Shown here: one piece after another, positions 43,341 to 57,944 of the stretch | Layout of the letters: each line of letters opens with the position of its first letter | Numbering within the stretch: position 1 is the stretch's first letter | Assembly: GCA_002269645.1 (NCBI GenBank) | Contig: NIVC01000006.1 | Span: 868,001 to 932,000 of the forward strand | Length of the DNA stretch: 64,000 nucleotides | Direction of reading: 5' to 3' | DNA from: Macrostomum lignano | Taxonomy: Eukaryota | Program-made: the position numbers and the translations under genes | The notes under the pieces: model-generated | Database searches by the model: none | What the model was told of the DNA's origin: nothing | Seen by the model: the letters and a program-made list of their open reading frames with translations, nothing else

Positions 43341-43659
43341 GTCCCTAATCCGCATTCCGCTTAAAATTGACTGCAGCTGCATATGATCTACGTACTTATC
43401 GAAATACCGAATCGCCCATAGCAACAAGCTGGGAAACATTCTAATCAGCTCAGCAGGAGATCCCACAAACGAGTGACACAAGCTCTGAAGCGCCTGCTAT
43501 TGGCTGCAGGATGGAGCGGAGAATGCGACAGGAGCATAGTAAAGCGACATCAGGAGCGGAGTGTACAAATATTCAACCAGCAACTTAGGTAAGCTCGATC
43601 ATTGTAGAATGGAATCATTCTGCGAAGCCTTTTTCTGGTATCGAAAGCAACGCCGCGTA

Positions 43660-44402
43660 ATGCATGGCAACGGCTGTCCTCTTCTGCTCCTTCTGTTCAT
43701 CCTCCCAGCCGTCGCCCAAGCCGGCAGCGAGTTGCACAGCGGAGTGTTGCTCGGCGGCTGCCTGGTGCCGCAGACTCCGCAGCACTCTCGCTGGCGGCCT
43801 CGAGCGTCCGCATGAGCGCCTTCCTGTGCACTCAGCTCCGCCGGCCCTGCGTCGGCTGGAGCCACCGCGCCGGCGTCTGCAACATGTCGGACAGCCTGCA
43901 ACCGGCCAGTCTGACGAACGACACCGACTGCCAGGCGTGGAGCGCCCTGCGCCAGCTCGACTTCATCGCCTTCTGGCCCATGAGCAACGCCACTCGGACT
44001 CGCAATGCGGTCTCGAACAGCGGCCATCTCGACCTGCAGGAGTACACGGACAATGCCGTCAACTTCACTGGCCAGTTGGATGTGTCAGAGCGCTTCAACA
44101 TTGACCAGCTGACTTCGGTGTGTCTCACCAGCTTCACCCTGTCCATGTGGGTCAAGTTCACCAACCCATCGAGAAAAATTATGCCACTTATTGAGGGCCT
44201 CATCATGCCTGGTGCATTTTACCCGCGAATCTGGCTTGAGCTGTCTTTGTCTCGCTTCCAGTTCTTTGTTCTGTCTCCAGACTCTCACACTTATTCCTGT
44301 TTCAATTGATAATGAGACCGGCTGGACTCACGTCACGACCGTGTACGACAGGACGACACCGGCACAAGGACAACTTAAGTACGAGCTACACTCGAAATCT
44401 AT
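43660..44402 (+). pseudogene. Secreted PAN-like plus LamG/pentraxin-like jelly-roll protein, broken by two frameshifts
   Basis: Signal peptide MHGNGCPLLLLLFILPAVAQA, then a frame change to LC...CVGWSHRAGVC and SFTLSMWVKF, then a second change to NETGWTHVTTVYD. Either a pseudogene or assembly indels. Confidence 0.6.
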
Positions 44403-46776
44403 GGTAAATGTTTTGAAGGCAACTTTTCGCCGAGAAATACACTACAGAGATAGGAGGTTTTAATTTTTTCAGCACTAAAATTGTTATTGCTTTTGATAGG
44501 AGGCAGATCCAGTGTTCATCTTTTGATATGTTGTGCCTTTCTTATTGCTCTATCGATATTCATAAAGCTTTTCGTTCAGAAATAGTTTTAAAGGCAGGTT
44601 TCACCGGAAAAATACACTACGGAGATAGGAAATTTCAAGATTTTCAACACTAAAACAGTGATTGGGTCTCTTAACAGGGTCAGAGAAAGTCCTAATCACA
44701 CTATTTTGTGCCTCACATGCTGCTCTAACGACGCATTAATCGATTTTTCATGTTAAATTGTTCTTAAACGTTTTTTTTCAAGTGCTGATTAAACGGAGTC
44801 AACTGGGATACTGAGAATACGGCTCTTCAGCGTTTCCAGCTTGTCTATGTTTTGGATCACTTTACAATCATTAAAAAATTTTAACTAAGCCGGGCACTTA
44901 GCCTAGTGAAAAATATTTTAGGCAAGAATTTAACAGACCCCCTTTTTTGTTTGGGATCAAATTTGGGACCTTGTTAGTCAGACACATACACGGCTGCTCT
45001 GCTGCAGGAGCTGTGCTAAACAGTCTATCAATCGTCCTTGTAGTACATTCTTAAAGAGGTTTTCGTCTGAAAAATACATTTTGCTAACATGGACGTTAAG
45101 TATAATCTCGTGACTGCTTTGATAGCGTCTACTTGTGATTTTAGGCAGATCAACCGCTTATCTATTTCTGTTTAACCTTTAATTGGAGGGACGAGAAACT
45201 TTGTTTCTTGGAAACTGTCTCGTCTGGTTGGTTTACAAAAATAAGAAGTTATTTTTTTCAGAAATGATCACAAAAATGGTGATAGTTTTTACTGGAAGCA
45301 GATCTGAAGATCATCTTTCAGTATAAAACGTCATCAGAGTTGTAAAAACTTTAGTGTACTTTAGTGAAGGAATTCTGCAGTTTGCGACTGAATAAGTCTA
45401 TTTTTTATATCGTCGATGCGCTGATACCTAAAACCAGATATTTGTATATGTATCCGCATTTCTGTCAGTTATACTGCTTTGATGCTAGGTTATGCTTCAA
45501 TATGTTATTGCTTTCCCCAAACAGCCTTGAAAAGTTGAAGGATGGCATCATGGTAGCAGCAAGAATGACCAGAATTTTTCCTGACGCTGACCTGAGCCAG
45601 AGTCCCGCGGGTTCGATGTCTGTAGTAGCGTAGACTAAATGGAGACTGGGGAAACATCCCTCCGTTATTCCAATCCTCTAAAAATTTTAATGATCTCCTT
45701 CAGTAAGGAAAGGGCTCTCGCCCATCCCCCCCCCCAGTGAGAGCTGTGTGTGCATGAACTGTGGATCGAATTCGCGACTGACACTACTGCGCAAATAATT
45801 TTTTCGAAACTACTAGGACTGCTGGAAATTACTGTTGTATTAAGACGTAATACTTCTGTCAACTTTATACATAGGATTTATTTATACTCTAAAAATTGAA
45901 GATCTGGATATCCAAGCACTTAGTGAATGATTTTTGCCTTCCCCTATTACGGCGATCACATGAAGCTGACACGGGCTTCATCAGTTTGTCGACTTAATCA
46001 GAAAAAAATGCATCTGGAGACTGCAATCAAATGCGTCATATTGGAGCCAACTTTTTCATAAAGGAATTACGCATAGAACGAGTGTTACGCCATGCAACCA
46101 GAAATTCTACTTGTCCTGTTATTCGTATGGATCACGGTAGAATTAATTGGGACCTTTGTTCTTTTTACAACTTTTTGTAAGTCATTGGCATCTTAACTTT
46201 GTGACGTGAGAGTGAGAAACTCTATAGAAGGGAGGCCGTAGCCTAGCAGTCACCTTTATTTGGGTCTTAATTGGTATATCGGCTTGGGTCTGCTCGTGCG
46301 ATTGGACCCAAGCCATTGTGGTAGTTTACACACTTAACGATAAGTTTAGAATATAAAGTTTCTTTTCTATTTTCATTAGCTTGGGTAACATTTGAGTCTA
46401 TTGATTTAATTCTATAACCAATCTGAAACTCTTGGCGCCCCCATAGCCGTATTGTTCGGTAATGAGTTTGCTCAACTCAACTGTGCTGTGCAAAAACAAA
46501 AATACCCAGATACGCTCGCAGCACTTATTTGTACTTCAGTATATTTTGACGTCAACTCTAGAAAGCACTATTAGGAAAATTCTCGAAGCTTCTAAGGATT
46601 GTAAACAGCTAGCGATTAACTTTAGTCATGACGCATTCAACAAGGTACAAAAATTTATTTATATTCAAAACGGTTTGTATCGCAACTATTTTTTCTCATG
46701 CAACGGACGCATTGCCAGTGATACAGCCTAGTGACAAGAAAGTATTGCAAGCTGCCACCGCATCACCGCTACCGTG

Positions 46777-47761
46777 ATGTCGGAACGTTCATCAAGCGCT
46801 TATCTACGAATAAAACTAAGCGGAACTTCCTGGACGAAGGAGAAGGAAATCGGACACGGGTGCTTCGGGAAAGTCTTCCAGGGTGAGCTCCGTATAAATT
46901 TGATCACCCTATGCCTGGCATTAGTCACAGGGAAATCGGTTCTCGATTACAGGTAGACTTGAAGATGGAACTCCAATTGCTGCAAAACAGGTAAAGCTGG
47001 AAGCCAGCTCCATGGATCAAATGCACTCACTTGCTGAAAGAGTTGCCAAAGAGTTGGCGATCCTGGAGTCGGTGACGGGTAGTCACAAGAACATTGTTCG
47101 CTACTATGGCTTCTCCATCAGCGTCAGGTCGAAGTCGATTTACTTTCTTATGCAGCACATCGAGGGACCGACTCTGGACTCCTACGTTAAAAGCATGGCC
47201 GTAGCGATGTCTGAGAATGAGATCCGCGTCATCACTCGCCAGCTGCTATCAGCCCTAGTCTTTGTCCATGCCAAGGGCATTGTGCACAAGGACGTGAAGC
47301 CGGACAATGTGCTCATCAGGTCGAGCGACAATGTCGTGAAGCTGATAGACTTCGGCATCGCTGGGATCTGCGGTCATAAACGTGATTCGATCGGTCCCAT
47401 TGCCTATTCGGCCCCGGAGATCACCGACGAGAGCCTCCCGCAGAGCACCAAGTGCGACAGCTTCTCCCTCGGCCTCACTGTGTACTTCATGGCCACGAAG
47501 AGTCACCCGCTACTGAACGATGGCGCCGAAGCTCTGATGCTGGCCCTCATGCCGATGATGCTGGCCATCAAGATGAGATCACAAGAGCCTCTGCCGGACA
47601 TGGATTCTAGCAAGTTCTCAAGCGCGCTGTGCTCATTCTACAAGAGAAGCACGCATAAGCACCCTAGCAACAGATCTTCCTGCTCAGAGCTGCTGTTCAA
47701 GTCGGAGTTCATGACTGGAGTCAGAGAGAACACCCAGGATAGGTCTTGTGCTATTCAGTAA
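46777..47761 (+). CDS. STE/MAP3K-like Ser/Thr kinase, non-RD, about 304 aa
   Basis: Exons 46777-46882 and 46953-47761 (phase 1, 70-nt intron). IGHGCFGKVF, IAAKQV, KEL, HKNIVRYYG, VHKDVKPDNVL, DFG, YSAPE, CDSFSLG. Confidence 0.92.
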
Positions 47762-48299
47762 CTACTGAGTGCTATGCTAAGCGTTAAAGTTCTCTTTCCA
47801 TTATACAAGGGGTTGCCAGCTGGGCCCCGTGAAATGAAACATTTTAGCTCGTATCTTTCATTTAACTCTAACTCCATCTTTTTTGGACAACTCATCTCTA
47901 AAGATATGGTTAAAAATGTGGTACATTTTGGGTCTCTGTCTTACAGAAAAAACTTTGATTGTTTACGTCAAACTCAAGAGACACTTGTGACTGTTATAGA
48001 CAAGCTATCAGTAAAATTTTGCCATATACAACCACCTACTGGCTTTCTTTCCTAAGTAGTTCCTGACTGCAAATACTCATTGTAATATCGATTTTGTCAG
48101 CCTGACTTTATAATACAGCCACCCAAACTGATAATCGATCGGCTAATTGTACGCCGTGTGTACTTTATTTATTTATTCGAAACAGTGGTTGAGGAAGGTT
48201 GTGTTCGGAGGGGGCTGAGAAAGAGAGAAAAAAAGAGAATATTACGTATTTTCACGAAACCCTCCGTCTTTTTTTATTTACAAAAATTGCTAGGAATTG

Positions 48300-50232
48300 T
48301 CTGTAGCCAGATCAGAAGTCTGTAGCCAGATCAGACAGTCTGTAGCCAGATCAGAAGTCTGTAGCCAGATCAGACAGTCTGTAGCCAGATCAGAAGTCTG
48401 TAGCCAGATCAGACAGTCTGTAGCCAGATCAGACAGTCTGTAGCCAGATCAGACAGACTGTAGCCAGATCAGACAGTCTGTAGCCAGATCAGACAGACTG
48501 TAGCCAGATCAGACAGTCTGTAGCCAGATCAGACAGTCTGTAGCCAGATCAGACAGTCTGTAGCCAGATCAGACAGACTGTAGCCATATCAGACAGTCTG
48601 TAGCCAGATCAGACAGTCTGTAGCCAGATCAGACAGTCTGTAGCCAGATCAGACAGTCTGTAGCCAGATCAGACAGTCTGTAGCCAGATCAGACAGTCTG
48701 TAGCCAGATCAGACAGTCTGTAGCCAGATCAGACAGTCTGTAGCCAGACCACAGACAGTCTGTAGCCAGATCAGACAGTCTGTAGCCAGATCAGACAGTC
48801 TGTTAGCCAGATCAGACAGTCTGTAGCCAGATCAGACAGTCTGTAGCCAAATCAGACAGACTGTAGCCAGATCAGACAGTCTGTAGCCAGACCACAGACA
48901 GTCTGTAGCAGACCTGATAGTCTGTAGCCAGCCAGACCACAGACAGTCTGTAGCCAGATCAGACAGTCTGTAGCCAGATCAGACAGTCTGTAGCCAGACC
49001 TGATAGTCTGTAGCCAGCCAGACCACAGACAGTCTGTAGCCAGATCAGACAGACTGTAGCCAGATCAGACAGACTGTAGCCAGATCAGACAGACTGTAGC
49101 CAGATCAGACAGACTGTAGCCAGATCAGACAGTCTGTAGCCAGATCAGACAGACTGTAGCCAGATCAGACAGTCTGTAGCCAGACCACAGACAGTCTGTA
49201 GCAGACCTGATAGTCTGTAGCCAGCCAGACCACAGACAGTCTGTAGCCAGATCAGACAGTCTGTAGCCAGACCACAGACAGTCTGTAGCAGACCTGATAG
49301 TCTGTAGCCAGCCAGACCACAGACAGTCTGTAGCCAGATCAGACAGTCTGTAGCCAGACCACAGACAATCTGTAGCAGACCTGATAGTCTGTAGCCAGCC
49401 AGACCACAGACAGTCTGTAGCCAGATCAGACAGTCTGTAGCCAGATCAGACAGTCTGTAGCCAGACCTGATAGTCTGTAGCCAGCCAGACCACAGACAGT
49501 CTGTAGCCAGATCAGACAGACTGTAGCCAGATCAGACAGACTGTAGCCAGATCAGACAGACTGTAGCCAGATCAGACAGTCTGTAGCCAGATCAGACAGT
49601 CTGTAGCCAGATCAGACAGACTGTAGCCAGATCAGACAGTCTGTAGCCAGACCACAGACAGTCTGTAGCAGACCTGATAGTCTGTAGCCAGCCAGACCAC
49701 AGACAGTCTGTAGCCAGATCAGACAGTCTGTAGCCAGACCACAGACAGTCTGTAGCAGACCTGATAGTCTGTAGCCAGCCAGACCACAGACAGTCTGTAG
49801 CCAGATCAGACAGTCTGTAGCCAGACCACAGACAATCTGTAGCAGACCTGATAGTCTGTAGCCAGCCAGACCACAGACAGTCTGTAGCCAGATCAGACAG
49901 TCTGTAGCCAGATCAGACAGTCTGTAGCCAGACCTGATAGTCTGTAGCCAGCCAGACCACAGACAGTCTGTAGCCAGATCAGACAGACTGTAGCCAGATC
50001 AGACAGACTGTAGCCAGATCAGACAGACTGTAGCCAGATCAGACAGACTGTAGCCAGATCAGACAGACTGTAGCCAGATCAGACAGTCTGTAGCCAGATC
50101 AGACAGACTGTAGCCAGATCAGACAGTCTGTAGCCAGACCACAGACAGTCTGTAGCAGACCTGATAGTCTGTAGCCAGCCAGACCACAGACAGTCTGTAG
50201 CCAGATCAGACAGTCTGTAGCCAGACCTGATA
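48300..50232. repeat. 20-bp satellite (tctgtagccagatcagacag) with recurring variant blocks
   Basis: About 95 units; gacctgatag and gaccacagac variants recur in blocks. Confidence 0.97.
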
Positions 50233-50819
50233 GTCTATATTGGCTGAAGGAGCAGCCCGACATCCGCACAGCCCCTGATCACAAACTGGTACATTGGTAC
50301 TCAGGTACTGGTACTCAGGTATTGGTACTGGTACTCAGTGTGCCACGATGAGATCCCCACACACGATACAGAAACAAGCATTTAAGACATTCGCTTAACT
50401 TTGTGCCCCAGCGTCAGTTGAGAGAGGCACTAGAAACGCTAAAGTATTAATCTGCAACATTCTTTATGACCTGTTAATCATGTGCAAAAGTACGAGCATA
50501 CGTGCAAAATTTGAGACTTAGAAAAACTAAACCGGTTGAATCCAGCTGAAATTTTTATTGAGTCGTCTAGAATTTTCTAACCAAAACAAACTAAAGATTG
50601 CTAAAGCTAAAACTGAGAGTTCTCACAGCAGTATTGCATTAGAAGTGCAAAAACTTTCGTCAGAAGAGCCGAGAGACACAGCAACTGCCATACCCTGCAG
50701 CGAAAAACCTAAAACTGAGGTTGGCGCGGCTGTACTGCTCTGCGAACAAATGTCTGACGTGTGCATTAAACTGTACAGCTGAGTCCTTTCCCTTCCACAC
50801 TCTACATTGTTCCGAAAGC

Positions 50820-51380
50820 CATGAAAACGGAGCAGACCCAGCAGTTGAGTACAGTTGAGCAGCTGAGCAACTATGAAAGCGAGATTTCTCACCCCTTATT
50901 CTGTTGTCATTGACAACCGTATAGACAGACCTTCTCTCTACCCTTTTCCATTGCTCAAGCACAGTCTGTGGGTGGAGCGGTGTCCCAGCAATGTCGTCTA
51001 TAAATGTAAAGACATGCAATGCCCCTACCTTTCTCATGGCTGAGAGCGCCAGAGGCCTGTGGAAAGTCGACCAAACGAGTCGAAGCTCTTTTTAGAGTTC
51101 CGATCCTCACCCCACCATCTCACAGATGGTCGACTGGAAGTGGGTCCTCTCCAGAAGGAGAGGGGCCCCCTCTCTGCACCTGCGCTTACTTCGTCTACTG
51201 CTGCGGCTTTCAAGTCCGCGGCGTTGCAACCAGCAGCCATCCTCTCCGGCTGTCTCTCAACATCGGTTCCTGGGAAGGCGTTGTCCCAGCCTGTCAGGGG
51301 CTCCAAGGACGCTAGCGACCCCGCCATCACGCTCTGACCGCGTGCTTTGGGGTGTCCAGGAGCCCCGATCAACATCACGC
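50820..51380 (-). mobile_element. Possible degenerate reverse-transcriptase relic (DIRS- or gypsy-like)
   Basis: Across two frames and in RT order: DLKAA, SFGRLSTGLW, VFTFIDD, GEKS. The resemblance is weak. Confidence 0.35.
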
Positions 51381-51691
51381 AGGCTGGGGCAAAGTGCGCC
51401 CTGGGACCACAAAGCGGCTTTGTCTTACGGTTCGGTTTGAAGCGTCATGATTGCGCAATTCTAGGCTGAACTGCTAAGCTCCCTTTGTGGTCCGGGGATA
51501 CTCGACAGACCCCCCATTGCCTTCCTGTAAACTGCAACTCAATTAAGTTGTTGTTGAGAGACAGTCGGTAAGGTGCAACGAAAAGCGTGCAGGTGCAGAC
51601 GGATTTGGGCTCTTGCCTTCTGGCGAGGACTCTGATGAAGCTATGAAGGGACGCATTGAGGCTGGGCATCTGGGTAGTAGTAATTAAAATG

Positions 51692-52360
<669 letters not shown>

Positions 52361-52864
52361 TGATTGATTGATTGCTTGCTTGATCGACTGATTTTTTAGG
52401 ATAAATCCATGGCTGAAACATACTACTTTCCTAGTAGAAATCAGTAGTTGGCTCGATTTTTGAAAGTTTCGCATATAGTGACAGGAACTAGGAAAGTTTT
52501 TTACATTTTTTCTACGAAGTGCCGAAATTTGACGGCGTTTCTACATTTTCAATTTTTTATTTGATCAGCTGGTCAAACATTTATTGGCACATTGCAGTTG
52601 CAGTTTTGAGTTCATATCGCTGCTTCTACATGTAAACTTTCTACCGGGCTAAGAGCACTTTGCTTGTTTTTGAAACTGCCGACTATCTTTGCTATTTTAT
52701 TATTGGACTGTGTCATTTCGGAAAATTTCCCGAGCTATAGATTCCACAAAAGCTTCCTAAGGTGACATATTTTGCAATTACGCTCGTATTTATTTACAGC
52801 TAATGGACAGGTATTTCGCATTAGTCTTTGATAATTGCGCAGATCAAGCGTAAGAGCTGCCAAT

Positions 52865-53650
52865 GAACTGCACTCGGCCATAGACAATAAAGCCAATCAA
52901 AGCCACACTGCTACAGAACTGCACTCGGCCATAGACAATAAAGCCAATCAAAGCCACGCTGCCACAGAACTACAGAACTGCACTCGGCCATAGACAATAA
53001 AGCCAATCAAAGCCACGCTGCCACAGAACTGCACTCGGCCATAGACAATAAAGCCAATCAAAGCCACGCTGCCACAGAACTGCACTCGGCCATAGACAAT
53101 AAAGCCAATCAAAGCCATGCTGCCACAGAACTACAGAACTGCACTCGGCCATAGACAATAAAGCCAATCAAAGCCACGCTGCCACAGAACTACAGAACTG
53201 CACTCGGCCATAGACAATAAAGCAAATCAAAGCCACACTGCCACAGAACTGCACTCGGCCATAGACAATAAAGCCAATCAAAGCCACGCTGCCACAGAAC
53301 TACAGAACTGCACTCGGCCATAGACAATAAAGCCAATCAAAGCCACACTGCCACAGAACTGCACTCGGCCATAGACAATAAAGCCAATCAAAGCCGCACT
53401 GCCACAGAACTGCACTCGGCCATAGACAATAAAGCCAATCAAAGCCACGCTGCCACAGAACTACAGAACTGCACTCGGCCATAGACAATAAAGCCAATCA
53501 AAGCCACACTGCCACAGAACTGCACTCGGCCATGACAATGAAGCCAATCAAAGCCACGCTGCCACAGAACTGCACTCGGCCATAGACAATAAAGCCAATC
53601 AAAGCCACGTGCCATAGAACTGCACTCGGCCATAGACAACAAAGTCAATC
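52865..53650. repeat. 46-53 bp minisatellite containing GGCCATAGAC and CCAAT
   Basis: aactgcactcggccatagacaataaagccaatcaaagccacgctgccacag, about 16 units. Confidence 0.95.
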
Positions 53651-54321
53651 AAGCTGATGAAAAGCCATTTAAAAGGACAGTTCGCAATTCACTCATACAC
53701 TCACTCATACAGACTGCAAGTCAACCCGGCTTTCGAAGGCGCTTCCCCTGGAAATCGAGTTAGAATTTCAAAGCAAGTTTTCTAGCCACAGAACTTTATT
53801 TGACCAGACCTAATATGCATAAGCTTTTAGTACATGTATCTTATAGTTAAACGCATTAATGAATATAGATTTATACGTAACATGGCTTTATGGTTCCGAG
53901 ACCGTATACGAGTAGTTCGAGTTCGAGTCAAGACTATGATTGAACATTTGAACTACCAAAAGTTAGCAGGCCAGCAAGCCTAAAAAAACCTCGGGTGATC
54001 CGTGTTATAGCCACCTTTTGGACAGGGCATTTAAATATTCGAACGTACGCCAATGATGTGAGTGAAGTACACGTACGTACAGGCCTGACGGTTCAACTGG
54101 TGTAGCTAAGAAGCTAAATAATGACATATAGATAATACAGCCATACGTGATATTTTTAGTACAAATACAAACCAGTACTGAGGCACATGCGAGTGAAAAA
54201 AAATAAAATAAACCATTAGCAATCAAAACCTTGAAAGCGGGAAACTATTGAATTGCGGACGTACACGATACCACAATCGCGTTAAAGTAGTTATATTCAG
54301 TGCATCAATTTCACTCCAGCT

Positions 54322-55332
54322 TCAGTTCTCATCACATGTTTCCATCTTCTTTGGTTCATCAGGCTGCGGAGCATCATCTAAGTTTCCGGCCACCTCAACC
54401 TGCACAGTCTCCGTTTTCGGCAGCGACGGCTCTTTGGGCTTCTGTTTCTCCGTGTCGACCGTCGTGGACTGCTCAGTGGAGCTTGTTGGCTTTCGTTTTT
54501 TAGCCAGATCAGCCAGCGTCGGTTTGGCGTCGTGGCTCACGTGTTGGTGATAGAACGTGTCGGCACTCGAGTTCACCTCGCCCCACCATCGACGAATCCG
54601 GCCGCAGATGGTGCCGTCTTCTTGCTGCTGCTGTTGCTGCTTTCTCTTCTGGTTGCTGCGAAACCAGCGCTGGATGCAGACTGCGGCACCGGCCTCGCCG
54701 TGAAGCCTGGCGCCTTTTCTACGCCGTTTGTCCAGCGCCTCCTGTTGCTTCAGCAGCTGCTTCTGCTGCAGCTTGTTCACTGCTGAGCCGGAAACCTGCG
54801 ATATTTTTGAGCAAGGGAGAAGCTGCTGTCAGTGGACCTGGCACAATGACTTACACAAAGCACTGCTCACTCTGGAGCGGCGTCCAGCAACCTAACCGCT
54901 TCCAGACACTGAACAAATGTACATTAATACGTATTAAATTTCCACGAAGAATTTACATGTACTCGTTTTCAATAAGACACGTTCCTTAAAAAACCGCATT
55001 TGTTTTTTTATTGGAGCGTTTGACTGTGTCTATGGCAAAAACCTCCATTTGTGTACTGCATCATAGGTGCAGGATTGAAATGATCACCCCTCCTGTCAAC
55101 CCTCTCTAGTGTGCAAGATTGATTTTGTCTATGGTTAAACTTCTTTGTGCTTGATTAAAATAGAATCAGATGACAATGAGACTCATGAACGCTAACTCGC
55201 GCCTCTGATAATGACGCACTCGTTAGCGTCGTAACCTGGTAATCCTTCTGCGTGCATAAAATATAGCCAACAAGCAAAACAGCGAGGCAGTTTAACTGAG
55301 TTTAAGTGTGGATCTGCGCTTACCAGGTTCAT
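54322..55332 (-). CDS. Small charged IQ-motif protein, about 160 aa; 5' structure uncertain
   Basis: Terminal exon 54795-54322 has an AG acceptor, 158 open codons and AAVCIQRWFRS. A strong donor ATG AAC CTG|gtaagc at 55332-55324 is in phase. Confidence 0.6.
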
Positions 55333-55791
55333 GCTTTGATCCGTTCTATAGGCTTTCTTTGGAATACGACGTTTACTTTTTGGTAGATTAATTTTTACGA
55401 TTCTATCGAGACTCGCGGCTTTTATTCCTGTCTTCCACTGCCGACTGTCTCAGCGCCTGCCTTTTTCTCTCCTGGCTGATTTCTCTGTCTGGCCTAATCT
55501 GCTTTTTAGTCTTCTTCTTCTTCGGGAACAATTTTTGGGATTTAGGCTATTATATATAGAACCGGTTTGGCTCCCGGATTTATGGAGGTGGGTTGTTGGG
55601 GTGAACGAAAATTGTCCTTACTTTGCACAAATGTTGATTTAATCTGTGCGTGCAGTGCCGTACAGAGTCTGTGCTTGTGTCTGGGTTATGTTGCATGTGC
55701 CACAGCTTTTATGACCAATCTTGTGAGTAAAGCCGATGTTCGCGCAAGTTCTTGGTTGCCGCTCTGGAGTAAATTCATAACTCCATGAGCC

Positions 55792-55792
<1 letters not shown>

Positions 55793-55841
<49 letters not shown>

Positions 55842-56783
55842 AAGACAGACAGACAGACAGACTGACTGACTGACTGACTGACTGACTGACTGACTGACTG
55901 ACTGACTGACTGACTGACTGACTGACTGACTGACTGACTGACTGACTGACTGACTGACTGACTGACTGACTGACTGACTGACTGACTGACTGACTGACTG
56001 ACTGACTGACTGACTGACTGACTGACTGACTGACTGACTGACTGACTGACTGACTGACTGACTGACTGACTGACTGACTGACTGACTGACTGACTGACTG
56101 ACTGACTGACTGACTGACTGACTGACTGACTGACTGACTGACTGACTGACTGACTGACTGACTGACTGACTGACTGACTGACTGACTGACTGACTGACTG
56201 ACTGACTGACTGACTGACTGACTGACTGACTGACTGACTGACTGACTGACTGACTGACTGACTGACTGACTGACTGACTGACTGACTGACTGACTGACTG
56301 ACTGACTGACTGACTGACTGACTGACTGACTGACTGACTGACTGACTGACTGACTGACTGACTGACTGACTGACTGACTGACTGACTGACTGACTGACTG
56401 ACTGACTGACTGACTGACTGACTGACTGACTGACTGACTGACTGACTGACTGACTGACTGACTGACTGACTGACTGACTGACTGACTGACTGACTGACTG
56501 ACTGACTGACTGACTGACTGACTGACTGACTGACTGACTGACTGACTGACTGACTGACTGACTGACTGACTGACTGACTGACTGACTGACTGACTGACTG
56601 ACTGACTGACTGACTGACTGACTGACTGACTGACTGACTGACTGACTGACTGACTGACTGACTGACTGACTGACTGACTGACTGACTGACTGACTGACTG
56701 ACTGACTGACTGACTGACTGACTGACTGACTGACTGACTGACTGACTGACTGACTGACCGACTGACTGACTGACCGACTGACT
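55793..56783. repeat. (GACA)n switching to (GACT)n microsatellite
   Basis: About 17 GACA units, then more than 220 essentially perfect GACT units. Confidence 0.98.
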
Positions 56784-57582
56784 TAGAGCTGTCAGGATAA
56801 TAGCTCATACCTCTATTTTTCAATTTGCTTTCAATAGTATGTTGCTACTATTAGTAGAAACTACTCAAACTGTCACTTTGTGGGTATTCTCAAAACTGAT
56901 TTCGATTAGCCATCGAATTGTAGTTACATTTATAATTTTATCTGCGATTAATAAAGTCTATCGTTGACAATACTCAGTCCAGCAAACAGACGTATGCAGA
57001 TTAAAGAATTAAACAGCTCAAAGTAGCAGTATGCTCAATTGAGTAACATTTTAAAGTGCCATTCTATCCTGCACGTTGTAAAATTAAATACCCAAATAAA
57101 AATTAGCGGCCATCTAGCGCAGATGTGGTCACAAATTGAAACGAGTGGCTGTGCTATATAAACCTGTTGCCATTGCGTGCGCAATGTAAGGATAAGGGAG
57201 CTCATTCAGATTTCATCGAGTAGGATTGGCTGCTAGACGCACAGTCCATTAAGCTGTCTGGCTGCCCGAGAACCCTTGAGCAGTTGCCATGCATATCTAT
57301 ATGCATATATATGTGATTTGGCCAATAATGCATGGCATTGAAGGCCTGCAATAGGGGATTAGCGGCGCGTAGATATAAGCTGCATATTATTTTTTTCTGC
57401 GAAACGAAAATTCGAAAACAATACGGTAAGATTTAATTTTCATTGATTTCACTGCGCTTATCTTCTTGAACTCTCTCTATGACTTTTTATTGTGAAGTTT
57501 ATATGGACAAGCATCCGTGAGTAGCCAAATTACCTATCACCAATGTAATAAATAATATTAAATAATTAATTGATTACATCTG

Positions 57583-57872
57583 GCCTAATGGGCAGATGTA
57601 CGACCGACAGCTCAGCCGCAGCTATTGCGCGGCGCATCTGAAGGCTGCGTGCGGCTGTTCAGTCCAAGGACTGGGGGGGGGGGGGGGGTCGCCACTAACA
57701 CCCTCAATTTACCCCAGCTAATGCTGGCACCCATTTTACATCTGGATGAACTGAAGCAATGCAGAGTTAAGTGTCTTGCTCAACTAGACACAAATTGTTC
57801 CTAGAGGTATAGGGAATCGAACTCCGACCTTCAAGTCGTGAGTCCGACGCTCGAACCACAAGACTATAACCC
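57583..57872 (-). mobile_element. Full-length tRNA-derived SINE
   Basis: Same family as 2675-2945, with an expanded G run. Confidence 0.88.
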
Positions 57873-57944
57873 TCTCTTGCCTATCTGGAAGCAACATTAA
57901 GTGCAGTGGTAATTCTGTATCAAAATGTACAATCAGCTCAATGA

